A stretch of DNA of 64,000 nt from a virus: positions 10,599 to 74,598 of the IMG/VR virus record IMGVR_UViG_3300005340_000003; one strand, written 5' to 3'. The position numbers and the translations under genes are program-made. Shown here piece after piece: positions 1 to 9,332 of the stretch; within the stretch, counting starts at the first letter, position 1, and every line of letters starts with the position of its first letter. The notes below the pieces were generated by a model. That model searched no databases. It was not told the DNA's origin and saw only the letters and a list, made by a program, of their open reading frames with translations.

Positions 1-867
1 CGCCCCGCCGATTTCCATTCGTAATCGTTTCTTACGGGCAAAAATTGTCTGGTCCTGGAACCCGGGCAGGCCGATGACATGGACGTTTCGGTCCACCATG
101 TAATTGCTGACGTGATAGTGTCCCTGCACGAGAATCGCCGGCTTCTCTCCGCCCTGGAAAGACTCCACTTGCTTCTGACCGGTATAGCTCCGAGCATACG
201 CGCTTCCTCCACCCGGATGTTGAACTTTGATGATCGCGCTTTTCTTAGCGCCCTTGATTTGAACCTCAACGTCGGATTCAACGTGGCCGATATATTTCAG
301 GTCGGTTCGCTTCCCCATTTCAGCGACGTGCTGAAGATACGCGCCGAAGTTGAATCCTTCCTTCTGCCACCATCCCTCATGATCGTCCCCTGTGATAAAG
401 TGCGTTGTAATGCAGTTTCTCGCGGGGTAATTGTCCACCACATATTGAGCCTGTCCGTCAATGCTGGTATCTTCCACCGATCCACCGTTGATATGCGGGA
501 CGTAACCATCGACGATATTCCCCGCGTGCAGCACCGTGGAAATTCCTTCGCGTTTAAACAGGTCGTATTGCGCGTGCAAGCTGTCGAGCCGGCATTCCTT
601 GCAAGCGAGGTGCGTGTCCGAGACCAGACCGAAACGAATCCATTCCCCGCCGTCAATCGACCGAAGCGGAATATATCCGAAATCCGGAGCATCGAGTTTT
701 ACGTCATGCTTGAGCTTCGGAGTATTGTCGGGAGAGGATAGCTTATGCTCCACCGATTTCCGGCTGCGTCCCAGGCGATTTCCGATTTCCCGGTAACTTT
801 TTCCCTCGCCCTTTAATTTTTCGGCTTGCGCCAGTTCGTTTGCGCTCCACGGTATTGATTTTGTCAT
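1..867 (-). CDS. Calcineurin-like metallophosphoesterase with N-terminal HTH (runs off the left edge; absent from ORF track)
   Basis: Manual translation from ATG 867: MTKSIPWS...GKSYREIGNRLGRS (HTH)...LVSDTH...HAGNIVDG...ITGDDHE...VQHPGGG...VQGHYH. These match the DxH, GNxxD, GxHE, H and GHxH metallophosphoesterase motifs. The frame is open to position 1. Confidence 0.85.
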   Translation of the reverse strand, partial: MTKSIPWSANELAQAEKLKGEGKSYREIGNRLGRSRKSVEHKLSSPDNTPKLKHDVKLDAPDFGYIPLRSIDGGEWIRFGLVSDTHLACKECRLDSLHAQYDLFKREGISTVLHAGNIVDGYVPHINGGSVEDTSIDGQAQYVVDNYPARNCITTHFITGDDHEGWWQKEGFNFGAYLQHVAEMGKRTDLKYIGHVESDVEVQIKGAKKSAIIKVQHPGGGSAYARSYTGQKQVESFQGGEKPAILVQGHYHVSNYMVDRNVHVIGLPGFQDQTIFARKKRLRMEIGGA

Positions 868-1459
868 TTTGTTCCTTATTCTCCCGCATGTCCCGCTCCG
901 CCAACCAAGCCAGAAGATGTTCCGGCAATGGTTCCCCTTTAAATAAACTGTCGAAAGACTCCAGCGCGTTTGCCGGTGTGTTGCCGATGCCGACAATTGA
1001 GTGCTCGACATCCTCCAGGCTTCCGATGTAGGCAATCCACTCACCCGTTACCGGGAGCTTCAGAAGTGTCGGCTTGTAACAGAAATGCGGCGTGTTGACT
1101 TGCCTCGCCGCCTTCGTTTGCTCCAACAAAAATTCGAGGTTCTGGTCATACATCTTTTCGAGTTTGTTTTCGAGCGTCTCCTGCACGTTGAAGTTCCATC
1201 GGTCGGTGTCGCTCAAAATATCGTCGAGCTTGTCGCAGACCTTGATGAAAATCGCTTCTGCGCTCGATTTGCACCCGCCGTCAAGTTCCGTCTTTTGATG
1301 CGGTTCAACCCCCTGGTTGTAGGTGAGAGAGTGCAACGCGAAGCTTCCGATCTGCACCAGATTTTGAATCTGGTTACTCGTCATAATATCTCTCTGAGGG
1401 AAAGGCAGCTTGTCTTTCCTCGGTCGGTTGTCGGGGGATTGTTGTGAGGTGTTGCTCAT
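743..1459 (-). CDS. Hypothetical phage protein
   Basis: 238 aa ORF coupled to the upstream RuvC gene by an ATGA overlap; its 3' end overlaps the phosphoesterase start. Confidence 0.6.
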   Translation of the reverse strand: MSNTSQQSPDNRPRKDKLPFPQRDIMTSNQIQNLVQIGSFALHSLTYNQGVEPHQKTELDGGCKSSAEAIFIKVCDKLDDILSDTDRWNFNVQETLENKLEKMYDQNLEFLLEQTKAARQVNTPHFCYKPTLLKLPVTGEWIAYIGSLEDVEHSIVGIGNTPANALESFDSLFKGEPLPEHLLAWLAERDMRENKEQNDKINTVERKRTGASRKIKGRGKKLPGNRKSPGTQPEIGGA

Positions 1460-1965
1460 AGTTTCATCCGTTTAAACGTCTTCATTGCCCACACCCAAAT
1501 CCAGGCTGCGTCGATGGCGTCATCATTCAGGCCGCTCGGATCATCTGGAAACTCCGCCTGGGCTCTCCAGCTTCCGAGGGCGTATTTTTTCATGGCTTCT
1601 TTCGTCGCATGTCCGTTGCCGGTTGCGAAAAGCTTCAGGGTGCCGACCGGAACGCAATCGAAATGTTTCGCATGAGCGCAAAGCCACACCACCGACCGAA
1701 GGGCACTCCACAATTGAACTTGGTAGGTGCTGCTGGCGAATTCAACATCTTCAAAAACCACTACATCGAAATCGTGTCCTGCAAGCTTCGATAGTTTTTT
1801 GCATAGCCGATCCACCCTCGGATCGTTGGTTCGTCGCTCCCTCGTTTTGCCCCAGGCGGTTATTTCTTTTTTAGTGGCGAGATTCCAGGTGCCGCAAAAG
1901 AATTCCGAGTCGATATTATAGGCGTAGCCGGTGTCGGTGCCGAGATCGAGTGCGAGGATATTCAT
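1456..1965 (-). CDS. RuvC-like Holliday junction resolvase
   Basis: MNILALDLGTDTGYA, VVVFEDV, LFATGNGHATKEAM and DDAIDAAW match the RuvC/RNase H acidic motifs. Confidence 0.85.
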   Translation of the reverse strand: MNILALDLGTDTGYAYNIDSEFFCGTWNLATKKEITAWGKTRERRTNDPRVDRLCKKLSKLAGHDFDVVVFEDVEFASSTYQVQLWSALRSVVWLCAHAKHFDCVPVGTLKLFATGNGHATKEAMKKYALGSWRAQAEFPDDPSGLNDDAIDAAWIWVWAMKTFKRMKL

Positions 1966-2264
1966 GAAGGCGGAATTTGTTCCACGAATTTCACGATCCG
2001 GGTATGATTACCCGGAAGAATGCAATCGTCATCGGAATAGACATGGCCATAATCGATTCCGGAACCTAGATATTCCTTCAAATACACAACCCGGGGCTCA
2101 GGTTTCACCCGATATCTTTCGGTCCCGAAGTTCCAACTCGGATCATTGTTCGAGACATCTTCCCAACCGTTTGAAGATGCAGACCAAAATTGAATTATCT
2201 TTCCGGCTCGATGCGCCCGAGCTAGTTCAATAATTTCGTCCGTAGGGATATTTCCGAGTCTCAT
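1962..2264 (-). CDS. Small phage protein, YR(I/V)KPEPR family paralog 1
   Basis: PSWNFGTERYRVKPEPR; ATG at 2264 overlaps the sigma gene stop. Confidence 0.65.
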   Translation of the reverse strand: MRLGNIPTDEIIELARAHRAGKIIQFWSASSNGWEDVSNNDPSWNFGTERYRVKPEPRVVYLKEYLGSGIDYGHVYSDDDCILPGNHTRIVKFVEQIPPS

Positions 2265-2893
2265 AACAGTTGATCTTTCTTTGGTTCGAGCACCACGCGC
2301 AATTTCTTCAACGCGCATGAGTGCAGATTTTGGATGTGTTGCCGGGAGTAGCCGATTCGTTCGCCGATTTCGCCGAAGGAAAATCCAGACTCATACCTGA
2401 GTATAAAAATGGCTCGCTCTCGGTCATTCAATACTCGAAATATAGCAGGTCGGAGACCGGCGAGCAACTCTTTAGTTTCGAGATTTGAGGTGTCGATTTC
2501 GCAGACTGTCGGCACCAAGGCGTTTCCGTGATCCGGATCAAGCTTTCCGGATTCACCTGGGGTAATGAAATCAATCGGGCAATGTTCCGCCTGCCGCACC
2601 ACTAATCGGCTTTTGAATTCCTTGCTGATTTGTCCTCTCAAATATTGTTTGCTAAAGGCGAAAAATGTTATCCCGTTCGATTTTCGCCGGCAATAGTTCT
2701 TCGCGGCCTGCCGCAACGCAATCCAACACATACTCGTCAACTCGCCGTCGTTCAAGCCGCCTCGGGAACAATGCCGAGCGTAAATGATCGCTTCCGACAT
2801 ATTCGCGAGAGCGAGTTTGTCGAGAGCGCCTTTCGTCCCCTTTCGAATCAGCTTGTGCTCTTCGTCGAGGGTTATTGTTTGTGAAATCCTCAT
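2261..2893 (-). CDS. Phage-encoded sigma-70-family RNA polymerase sigma factor
   Basis: Region 2-like segment (LALANMSEAIIYAR...ALRQAAKNY...ITFFAFSKQYLRGQI) and region 4 HTH (LNDRERAIFILRYESGFSFGEIGERIGYSRQHIQNLHSCALKKLR). Confidence 0.85.
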   Translation of the reverse strand: MRISQTITLDEEHKLIRKGTKGALDKLALANMSEAIIYARHCSRGGLNDGELTSMCWIALRQAAKNYCRRKSNGITFFAFSKQYLRGQISKEFKSRLVVRQAEHCPIDFITPGESGKLDPDHGNALVPTVCEIDTSNLETKELLAGLRPAIFRVLNDRERAIFILRYESGFSFGEIGERIGYSRQHIQNLHSCALKKLRVVLEPKKDQLL

Positions 2894-4971
2894 TTTGGAA
2901 ATATCCAGACTCTCGTTTTACTTTCCCCGGTTTCCGTGTAACATTTAATCACTCCCTCACGCTGGATTAGCTCAAGATACCGGTTTATCTGATCCGGCTT
3001 GAATGATTTAATCAATCCGTCGTTCATCGGGTTCGCCTGTAGCAAGCGATAAAGCTGTGTGAATGTCCCGCGCCACTCAGTCGCTTCCGGCGTCATATTG
3101 AAGAAGGCACGCAACTCTTCGATCAATATTTCCTTGAGCGGTGCCGCCTTGCTCGTCTGGTGGGTTTGGTCGAGAAGATGCGGATCGTGATAAGCAGCAA
3201 AACCATACCGCCCATCGCGAGGGATGTAGTCCGGAACTTTCCAGTTAAGCACGACACGGCCAAACACAGGAAGCTCAACAGCAAGAATTTTTTGCAGTTC
3301 ATATCGTTCGGGAAATTCGATTTTGGCGGAGGTGCATTTGAAAACGCATGTCTTCTCTGCCGAGTTATTATCGAGGGCGCACAGAATCCGGCTAGAGGTG
3401 AAGTCTGTATTTGCTGTTACCAATATACGTCCCATCCACTCAACAGTCACGGGAACGCGGAACTTTTCGTTCACTCGGAATTCCTGGTTTGCCGCCGTTT
3501 TTTTCATCATGGCCGAGAATCGGTCATGGGCATTGATCGAGTTGCCGGGAGTTTCATCATCGATTACCCACAAAGGCACATGATAATTCTCCGAGCCAAA
3601 TGAATCGCCCCGGACAATATAGTCGCTGGCGTCCACGAATCCGCCGACTAGTCGCCCAACAATGTGCCGGCCACAAAATGTCTTACCGCGATTCGGTTCT
3701 CCGAGGATAAAAACATTCTGTCCTGGGCGGGGGAGAAGTTCCACTGCGGACCGATAATAATGCTGGAGCCACGCCATGAATCTTTGAAACTGTTCCTCGG
3801 TGTCAAAAAGCTGCCGGAGAAATCGGATGATCCAAAGGTCATCGGAATTATGGTCGGCGGGCTGCACTACATTGTTTTTCCAGGTATTCAGCACTTTCCG
3901 AGTGTTGTATTCGATGAGCCCCGGCTGGCGGAAAACAAAGGGGGCCGCGCCGACTACCCGGGCATTTTCGTGAAGGTGGAAAAGTGTATCATCGATTTTC
4001 TTCTCGGGGATGCCGCAACCTTTCTTGAGGAAAATCTTCATCGCTGAGTCGTTTACGGATTGATAGATGCCGTCTATTTTTCGCCAGTAAGCTTGCCCGT
4101 CATGGAAGATGTCGAGTGTCGCCTGGGTGATTGCTTTTTCGTTGATGTCCTTTGTGAATTCTTTGCCGAGGATTTCCGACCACGAATAGAACGGTTTTTC
4201 TGCGTGGGCCGAGAAAGTAAGCATCCCGTCTGATTTGACAATCGCAGATAGTGGACTAATGGAAGCGGGTATCCAAAATGATGGGCCTTGTGTATCGAGT
4301 TCAAAAGAAGCGGGCCAAGAAAAACCCGGATACCGCTCTCTAATTGCAGGCTCGATGGTGGATAGTGGAATTGTGTTTCCCTCCGCCACTTTGAATTTGA
4401 ATTTTTTGAGAGCTTCGACATAGAATGCCTGGAGTTTGTTTTCGTCTATTGGGGCTGAATCATGAACAGGTGTCCAAACCGCGCCGTTGCAATAAAGGCG
4501 GGTGGGCTCTTCAAAAGCATTCGAATCAAGACCCGGAAGTAGATCGAGATTAAGCCATTTCTTAGCGTGCTGCAAAATCCAAATGGCCAAGTCCGTCGTT
4601 TCGACCGGAAGCGGACGAGGGAGTAACCAGAGCAAACGGCAATTACCTCCAAGGGATCGCTCAATCCAGGATGGTTTAATTGACATGGACAGAATGGCTT
4701 CCCGAATTCGATCTTCGGGAATTGTGACATCGTAGTCGGCAACGAATCCGTGAATATATTTGGCAGGGTTGTCTTTGTTAATTCGCTGATTGTTGTTGGC
4801 GGGCTCAATGGCGGTGTAGAAATTCCAGTCGGTTGATGATGTGCGATACCAGATTTGTCTTTCGGTTTTGTCATGACAGATTTTTTCTGAGGGTTTCGGA
4901 CTGTTGAATGTCCAGGGTTCGCAAGGCGTGAGCGTCTTGTCGAGGATGTTGTGGGAGTAGAAAAATTTCAC
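2890..4971 (-). CDS. Primase-helicase (AEP/RepB-like primase plus D5/DUF5906-like SF3 helicase)
   Basis: N-terminal FVADYD (DxD); C-terminal Walker A GEPNRGKT, Walker B LWVIDDE and motif C VTAN. Likely GTG start at 4971, overlapping the polymerase stop. Confidence 0.8.
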   Translation of the reverse strand: MKFFYSHNILDKTLTPCEPWTFNSPKPSEKICHDKTERQIWYRTSSTDWNFYTAIEPANNNQRINKDNPAKYIHGFVADYDVTIPEDRIREAILSMSIKPSWIERSLGGNCRLLWLLPRPLPVETTDLAIWILQHAKKWLNLDLLPGLDSNAFEEPTRLYCNGAVWTPVHDSAPIDENKLQAFYVEALKKFKFKVAEGNTIPLSTIEPAIRERYPGFSWPASFELDTQGPSFWIPASISPLSAIVKSDGMLTFSAHAEKPFYSWSEILGKEFTKDINEKAITQATLDIFHDGQAYWRKIDGIYQSVNDSAMKIFLKKGCGIPEKKIDDTLFHLHENARVVGAAPFVFRQPGLIEYNTRKVLNTWKNNVVQPADHNSDDLWIIRFLRQLFDTEEQFQRFMAWLQHYYRSAVELLPRPGQNVFILGEPNRGKTFCGRHIVGRLVGGFVDASDYIVRGDSFGSENYHVPLWVIDDETPGNSINAHDRFSAMMKKTAANQEFRVNEKFRVPVTVEWMGRILVTANTDFTSSRILCALDNNSAEKTCVFKCTSAKIEFPERYELQKILAVELPVFGRVVLNWKVPDYIPRDGRYGFAAYHDPHLLDQTHQTSKAAPLKEILIEELRAFFNMTPEATEWRGTFTQLYRLLQANPMNDGLIKSFKPDQINRYLELIQREGVIKCYTETGESKTRVWIFPK

Positions 4972-6935
4972 TTGAGGTAATGGGGAACTTCCTTTGCTTC
5001 GGCTTTCACCGGCAACCCGGCACACCATTCTGGACAAACCGACATGATGCTTTCAACATCGTGTTTGGTGATGTGTTGATCCGTTTCGAGGATCGCCTCG
5101 TCGTGGCTGGAAAACAGAACGTCAATTCCGGATGTGTCATGTAGGGTTAATAAGTGCTCTGAAAATACGTCCCGCGCCATTCCCTGATCGACGTTCTCAG
5201 TCAGCTTGCCGCCGTAGCTCTCAAATCGACGGTCTCCACGGTCGAACGTAAACACGACTCGAAGCTCCGGCTTGCCGTCCGCATCGGGCTTGAGTCTCCG
5301 CTCACACTTGACCTTTTCATAACGTAACACCCGGCCAGAAGGGAGGACAACTCTTAAATCTGAGCCGACACTGCGTTTAAACATGCCATCCAGGTATGCC
5401 CACAGCCCGGTTACTTTCGGATTCTGTTCGCGATATTCAGCGACGATCTTTTTGGCCCTCTGACCATAGCCGCTGACTTTTTTGCCGTCCACCTCGATCC
5501 ACTCCGGATCGTCTGCCGTTAAATCCATCCCGGTATAGTCCTGGGCCATGACGATGAACTTCTCCCATCCGGCCCCATATCCGAGCGCGAGAACCCGGGC
5601 TTTCACTTCCGCGTAATAGGTCGAGTCCTTATCGAGAGCAGGCTCGTTGAACCCAAGGGCGGTTCGAGCGTGAGCTTCATAAGGGCTCATGCCGGTTCGA
5701 ATCAAGTTGAGGGTCTTTTCATCCTTGGCAAGCCAGAGCAAACATCGAGGTTCGATCTGTGATAAATCCGACACAATCATTTTCTTCCCAGGTCGGGGAA
5801 TAATCAGGTGTCGGAAATCGATGGAATATTTCACCCAGGCCGGAAACGATTTGGTCTCTTTACGAATTTTCAAAGCTCCATCGATTACTTTTTCGTTCGT
5901 CTCCATCAGTCCGGATTGATCGCAGAGTATCGGTTTCTTCCGCATGTTCTGCATGTTGATTTTCGCGTCTCCGGACCACCTGCCTGTATGTGCTCCGAAA
6001 TACTTCAAACCAAATGGCATCGTCCCATCCGAGCGGAGACGTGCCTTGACCGTCAAAAACGATTTGTAGAGTTTGTTGATGCTGCGCCAGGACGATAATG
6101 CGACGATCCAGGGATTGCTCTTCCGATACATCGTTTCCCACTCCTCGTAAGCCTCCTCTCCTTCGTGTTCCTTGACGGGCGGGCTTGGAATTCCTGATCG
6201 CCGGCACTGCTCTGCTATGCACTTCGTCGATGTCGGTTTAGTGTTGAAGTCCTCCCATGAATCATCGTCGCTGCCGTCATCTTCCATCCAGGGGATTAAG
6301 CGTTCGGTCGCCAGTTTCATTTCATGACTTTGGAGGATGTAATCGTTTAAGAGCTTCGTATCGATTTGCACTCCGCGCATACCCTGCTCGATGGTCATAT
6401 TCGACAAACGCTTTTCTTTCTCTGGCCATTTATCGGAATGATCCGTCCAGAGTTTCCAACACCACCAAGGGTCTTTCCTTGCATAGTCGATCATCGTGGA
6501 TCGCTGTTCCGGAGTAAAATCTGCCGGCCAATGTTTGCCGTTGGCGTCCTCCCGAGGGTCTTTCGATAATTTGATTTTGTATAGGTGTTCGACCGCATGA
6601 GCGAGAGCGCGACGGTTGCAGAGATAAGCTGTGAGATTGGCGCTACAATGCCATTCGAGGTAATTTACTTTTGGTGCCCAACCTCGAAGGACCATTTCAT
6701 TGTAAACAGTGTTGTCGAAATATCGATTATGGCTAACGAGGATTTTTCCTTCGAGTGACGACCAAATAAAATCTTTCGGGGAGCCCGCCCAACAGGTCGA
6801 TCCATCGGAGACGCTAATAATATACGGATCGAAAAGTTCGTGCCGGCAATACTGCTCCGCTATCATCGTCTTAACGGAGTATTTTAATTTCTTGCTGAAG
6901 AAGGTTTCGAAGTCCAGGCCGATTACGTTATTCAA
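4968..6935 (-). CDS. polA: Family A DNA polymerase with 3'-5' exonuclease domain
   Basis: ExoI GLDFET, ExoII HNRYFD, GAHTGRWSG, motif A SDLSQIEPR, motif B KARVLALGYGAG, motif C SHDE. Confidence 0.95.
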   Translation of the reverse strand: MNNVIGLDFETFFSKKLKYSVKTMIAEQYCRHELFDPYIISVSDGSTCWAGSPKDFIWSSLEGKILVSHNRYFDNTVYNEMVLRGWAPKVNYLEWHCSANLTAYLCNRRALAHAVEHLYKIKLSKDPREDANGKHWPADFTPEQRSTMIDYARKDPWWCWKLWTDHSDKWPEKEKRLSNMTIEQGMRGVQIDTKLLNDYILQSHEMKLATERLIPWMEDDGSDDDSWEDFNTKPTSTKCIAEQCRRSGIPSPPVKEHEGEEAYEEWETMYRKSNPWIVALSSWRSINKLYKSFLTVKARLRSDGTMPFGLKYFGAHTGRWSGDAKINMQNMRKKPILCDQSGLMETNEKVIDGALKIRKETKSFPAWVKYSIDFRHLIIPRPGKKMIVSDLSQIEPRCLLWLAKDEKTLNLIRTGMSPYEAHARTALGFNEPALDKDSTYYAEVKARVLALGYGAGWEKFIVMAQDYTGMDLTADDPEWIEVDGKKVSGYGQRAKKIVAEYREQNPKVTGLWAYLDGMFKRSVGSDLRVVLPSGRVLRYEKVKCERRLKPDADGKPELRVVFTFDRGDRRFESYGGKLTENVDQGMARDVFSEHLLTLHDTSGIDVLFSSHDEAILETDQHITKHDVESIMSVCPEWCAGLPVKAEAKEVPHYLK

Positions 6936-7195
6936 AATGGATGCCTCTCTTTTTCTTGATGAGATTTCGAATTATTACACTTCTCGCAAAGCAACTGAAG
7001 ATTGCCGGCCCGATGCTGCGCGTGATAAAAACTCATCCGTGCGGAGGTATCCATCCGATGATGTCGATCTCCGCACGGTGTAATACAATCGAATTCTAGT
7101 TTTTCGGTGGCGGGGCATCTAGCGCATTTATCGCCGAGGACAACCCTCAGCTTTGCACGCGCACGGCGAGCCCATTCCTTGTGACGCTTCGCCAT
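6932..7195 (-). CDS. HNH endonuclease-like protein
   Basis: CARC...LEFDCITP...NLQLLCEKCNNSKS; the catalytic DH appears as DC. Confidence 0.75.
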   Translation of the reverse strand: MAKRHKEWARRARAKLRVVLGDKCARCPATEKLEFDCITPCGDRHHRMDTSARMSFYHAQHRAGNLQLLCEKCNNSKSHQEKERHPF

Positions 7196-7359
7196 TCAGC
7201 ACGCCCCGCCGTTCCAAGTGTCTTCCGACAACTCCCGTTTCAGGTTTTCGATTTCCACCTGGAGCTTCAGATTAACCTTGTCGAGTCGCTCGATTGCCTC
7301 GCACGCGGGGCAACGGTCCGCTTCGAAAAGTATCGGGTAGTGGCCGGCGTGACAGGTTT

Positions 7360-7671
7360 TCATTCGGCCTCCACAAATCGGATCGCACGAACGTATCTCG
7401 CCCCAAAATGAGCACGACCGATATTCTCCGCTTGAAGGTGGGTATCAGCGATAATGTTAGCTAATAAAACATCTCCGTCGATGCTCCGGAATTCAACCAC
7501 CCATTTTTCCCGGGGTTCCGGCTTGATTCGATAACGGTCGGCGTCGTAACAGAAATCGAGATTCTCTGAAACTTCCCATTTTTCGGTGCAAAGACCTTTC
7601 ATTTCCACCGGTTTGCCTTCGGCGAAGGCAGTGATGATCGGCAGCATTTGTTTGGCTTTCTCAGGACTCAT
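7360..7671 (-). CDS. YRIKPEPR family paralog 2
   Basis: IITAFAEGKPVEM...DFCYDADRYRIKPEPREKWV. Confidence 0.65.
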   Translation of the reverse strand: MSPEKAKQMLPIITAFAEGKPVEMKGLCTEKWEVSENLDFCYDADRYRIKPEPREKWVVEFRSIDGDVLLANIIADTHLQAENIGRAHFGARYVRAIRFVEAE

Positions 7672-8021
7672 AGGTTTATTAGTTGATCGGTTAATTCTCG
7701 GACGGATTGAAAGAATTTGATGTAGTCTTTCCGCGTTACTACGTTTACCTGTAGTAAAGCACAAGCGGCGACATCGCGCAACTCACGAAATTTAGTCGCT
7801 GTTTCGTTGCCGATGTTTGACGATTTCTTCGGGCCGGAGATCGATGTCTCGTTCAGCCGTTTATTCGGGCCAAGATCGCTACATGCCTTCCGAACCGTTG
7901 CGGAGACAACCGAATCGAGGGCCGTCAAAAACTCCGGTCCGGATTGGTTGCCGAGGCCCTTCACGAGTTTCTTCACTGACGAGGTTACAATGAATTCGGG
8001 TTTGTTCATGGTTTCAGCCAT
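7668..8021 (-). CDS. Putative histone-fold protein (bacterial/phage histone-like) with C-terminal helical extension
   Basis: EFIVTSSVKKLVKGLGNQSGPEFLTALDSVVSATVRKAC...NKRLNETSI aligns by eye with the a1-L1-a2-L2 pattern of Bdellovibrio Bd0055/HBb (VLVVTSKVKKLIKEKG...KTV, recalled from memory). Confidence 0.6.
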   Translation of the reverse strand: MAETMNKPEFIVTSSVKKLVKGLGNQSGPEFLTALDSVVSATVRKACSDLGPNKRLNETSISGPKKSSNIGNETATKFRELRDVAACALLQVNVVTRKDYIKFFQSVRELTDQLINL

Positions 8022-8093
8022 ATCTCTTTAATTAGTTTTTTGATGAGTCGAATCGCTTTCGCGTGCTTCCTGTAAAAGCCGATGGATGGTTTT

Positions 8094-8699
8094 TTACTCA
8101 TCGGTTTTTTCAGTTGAAGATTTGAATTCAGTGCCGCAGGCACAAGTCGGCAATCCGGTCTCGATCCACTTTTGCGTCGTCCGGATCACGTAGCCGCACT
8201 CCGGGCATTCGCACTTCAGCAGCCGAGTCGATTGTTTCTTCGTCGGTGCCATCCCCTTCAATTGACTGTGCGGATAAATGCCGAGCGACTTTTGCCAGCC
8301 GAGCATGTCCGACATCAACTTTTCGCCGGCATTGGTGGAAGTAAGTTTTCCCTCCAGGCCAACCGCACGAGCGCACTTGCCGAAAACTTTGTTGTGGCCT
8401 TCCTTGTGGCCGACAACGGCGTGAACGACTTCATGCACGAGTGTCGCAATGACTCCCATGTCCGTAGTCATTTCGTCGAGTGCGGGCGAGATAAAAATCT
8501 GCGCGGCTTGCTTGTCGGCTGATGCTGTTTTGCTCCAGCATTCGCCGAGCACTCGTTTCTTGTTCGCGAGACCACCACGGACGGGCCACCCACATGCTAC
8601 CCGCACTTGCGGCACTTTATATCCGGCCTCCACGAACAGCGGCGTCATTTCGCCGACTGCCGCCTGGAGCCACTCTTCCCGAGTTTTGTATTGTTTCAT
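8094..8699 (-). CDS. SprT-like zinc metalloprotease with C-terminal Zn ribbon
   Basis: LVHEVVHAVVGHKEGHNKVF (HExxH...H) and CPECGY...CACG. Confidence 0.8.
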   Translation of the reverse strand: MKQYKTREEWLQAAVGEMTPLFVEAGYKVPQVRVACGWPVRGGLANKKRVLGECWSKTASADKQAAQIFISPALDEMTTDMGVIATLVHEVVHAVVGHKEGHNKVFGKCARAVGLEGKLTSTNAGEKLMSDMLGWQKSLGIYPHSQLKGMAPTKKQSTRLLKCECPECGYVIRTTQKWIETGLPTCACGTEFKSSTEKTDE

Positions 8700-8965
8700 T
8701 TTTTATAGAGGTTTTCGTAAAATTTTCCCAACTTTTCAACAGTCATGTTGATGGGTTCCGAGGTTTTTTGCGGGACAAAATTTGCAAGTTCGTATTGAAT
8801 CTCCGGCCATTGTTTTCGGCAGTCATCGAGGAAAGTCTCTGCTGCTTCGATAGACTGCCCGATATTACAATACCATACTTCGCCAGTTTCCTTGCGCGTG
8901 CATCGAATCCAGTAGCATTGACTGGCTGGCGGAATTTGATCCGCCTTCATCGGTTCCTGGTTCAT
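8696..8965 (-). CDS. Hypothetical protein
   Basis: ATG at 8965 directly after the upstream stop; ATGA overlap with the SprT gene. Confidence 0.5.
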   Translation of the reverse strand: MNQEPMKADQIPPASQCYWIRCTRKETGEVWYCNIGQSIEAAETFLDDCRKQWPEIQYELANFVPQKTSEPINMTVEKLGKFYENLYKK

Positions 8966-8966
8966 G

Positions 8967-9266
8967 TTACTTGCTCCCGTGTTCAAGTCCGCGAAAATAG
9001 GCTCGCACGGTGGGATACCGACCAGCCTGCAAAAATGACTTCGCAATGTCCACCGACAATTCGGCGATAGCGCGGAGGTTGGCCTTGTAAAGTTTCGAAA
9101 CCCAATAGCTTTGATCTGCGATTGCGCGAACCTGATCGTAAGCAATCACGCTTAGTTTCGCGGGGTTCTGCTGTTCAGCGATTTTCTTTTCGGCAAACTG
9201 CAACCAGTCGATTGCCACCATCGAAGCCACCGCTTCCGCGTATTTTGAATTGTGTTTTTGTTTCAT
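8967..9266 (-). CDS. Hypothetical early protein
   Basis: 99 aa ORF preceded by a promoter, a hairpin and an A-run. Confidence 0.6.
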   Translation of the reverse strand: MKQKHNSKYAEAVASMVAIDWLQFAEKKIAEQQNPAKLSVIAYDQVRAIADQSYWVSKLYKANLRAIAELSVDIAKSFLQAGRYPTVRAYFRGLEHGSK

Positions 9267-9278
9267 GTTTTTTTTTTT

Positions 9279-9332
9279 GTGGGTCGTTTATTCGACTTCA
9301 CTACTTATCGCACCCTATCCAACGAATGTCAA
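9279..9332 (-). promoter_or_regulatory. Sigma70-like promoter plus AAUAAA-loop leader hairpin
   Basis: TTGACA-N17-GATAAG, then GTGAAGTCG-AATAAA-CGACCCAC. Confidence 0.6.

Noticed and set aside
79-741. 220-aa plus-strand ORF
   Set aside because: Antisense shadow of the minus-strand metallophosphoesterase, which has clear catalytic motifs.
7857-7868. Additional CCG-AATAAA-CGG hairpin
   Set aside because: Only 3 bp and inside a coding region; probably chance.
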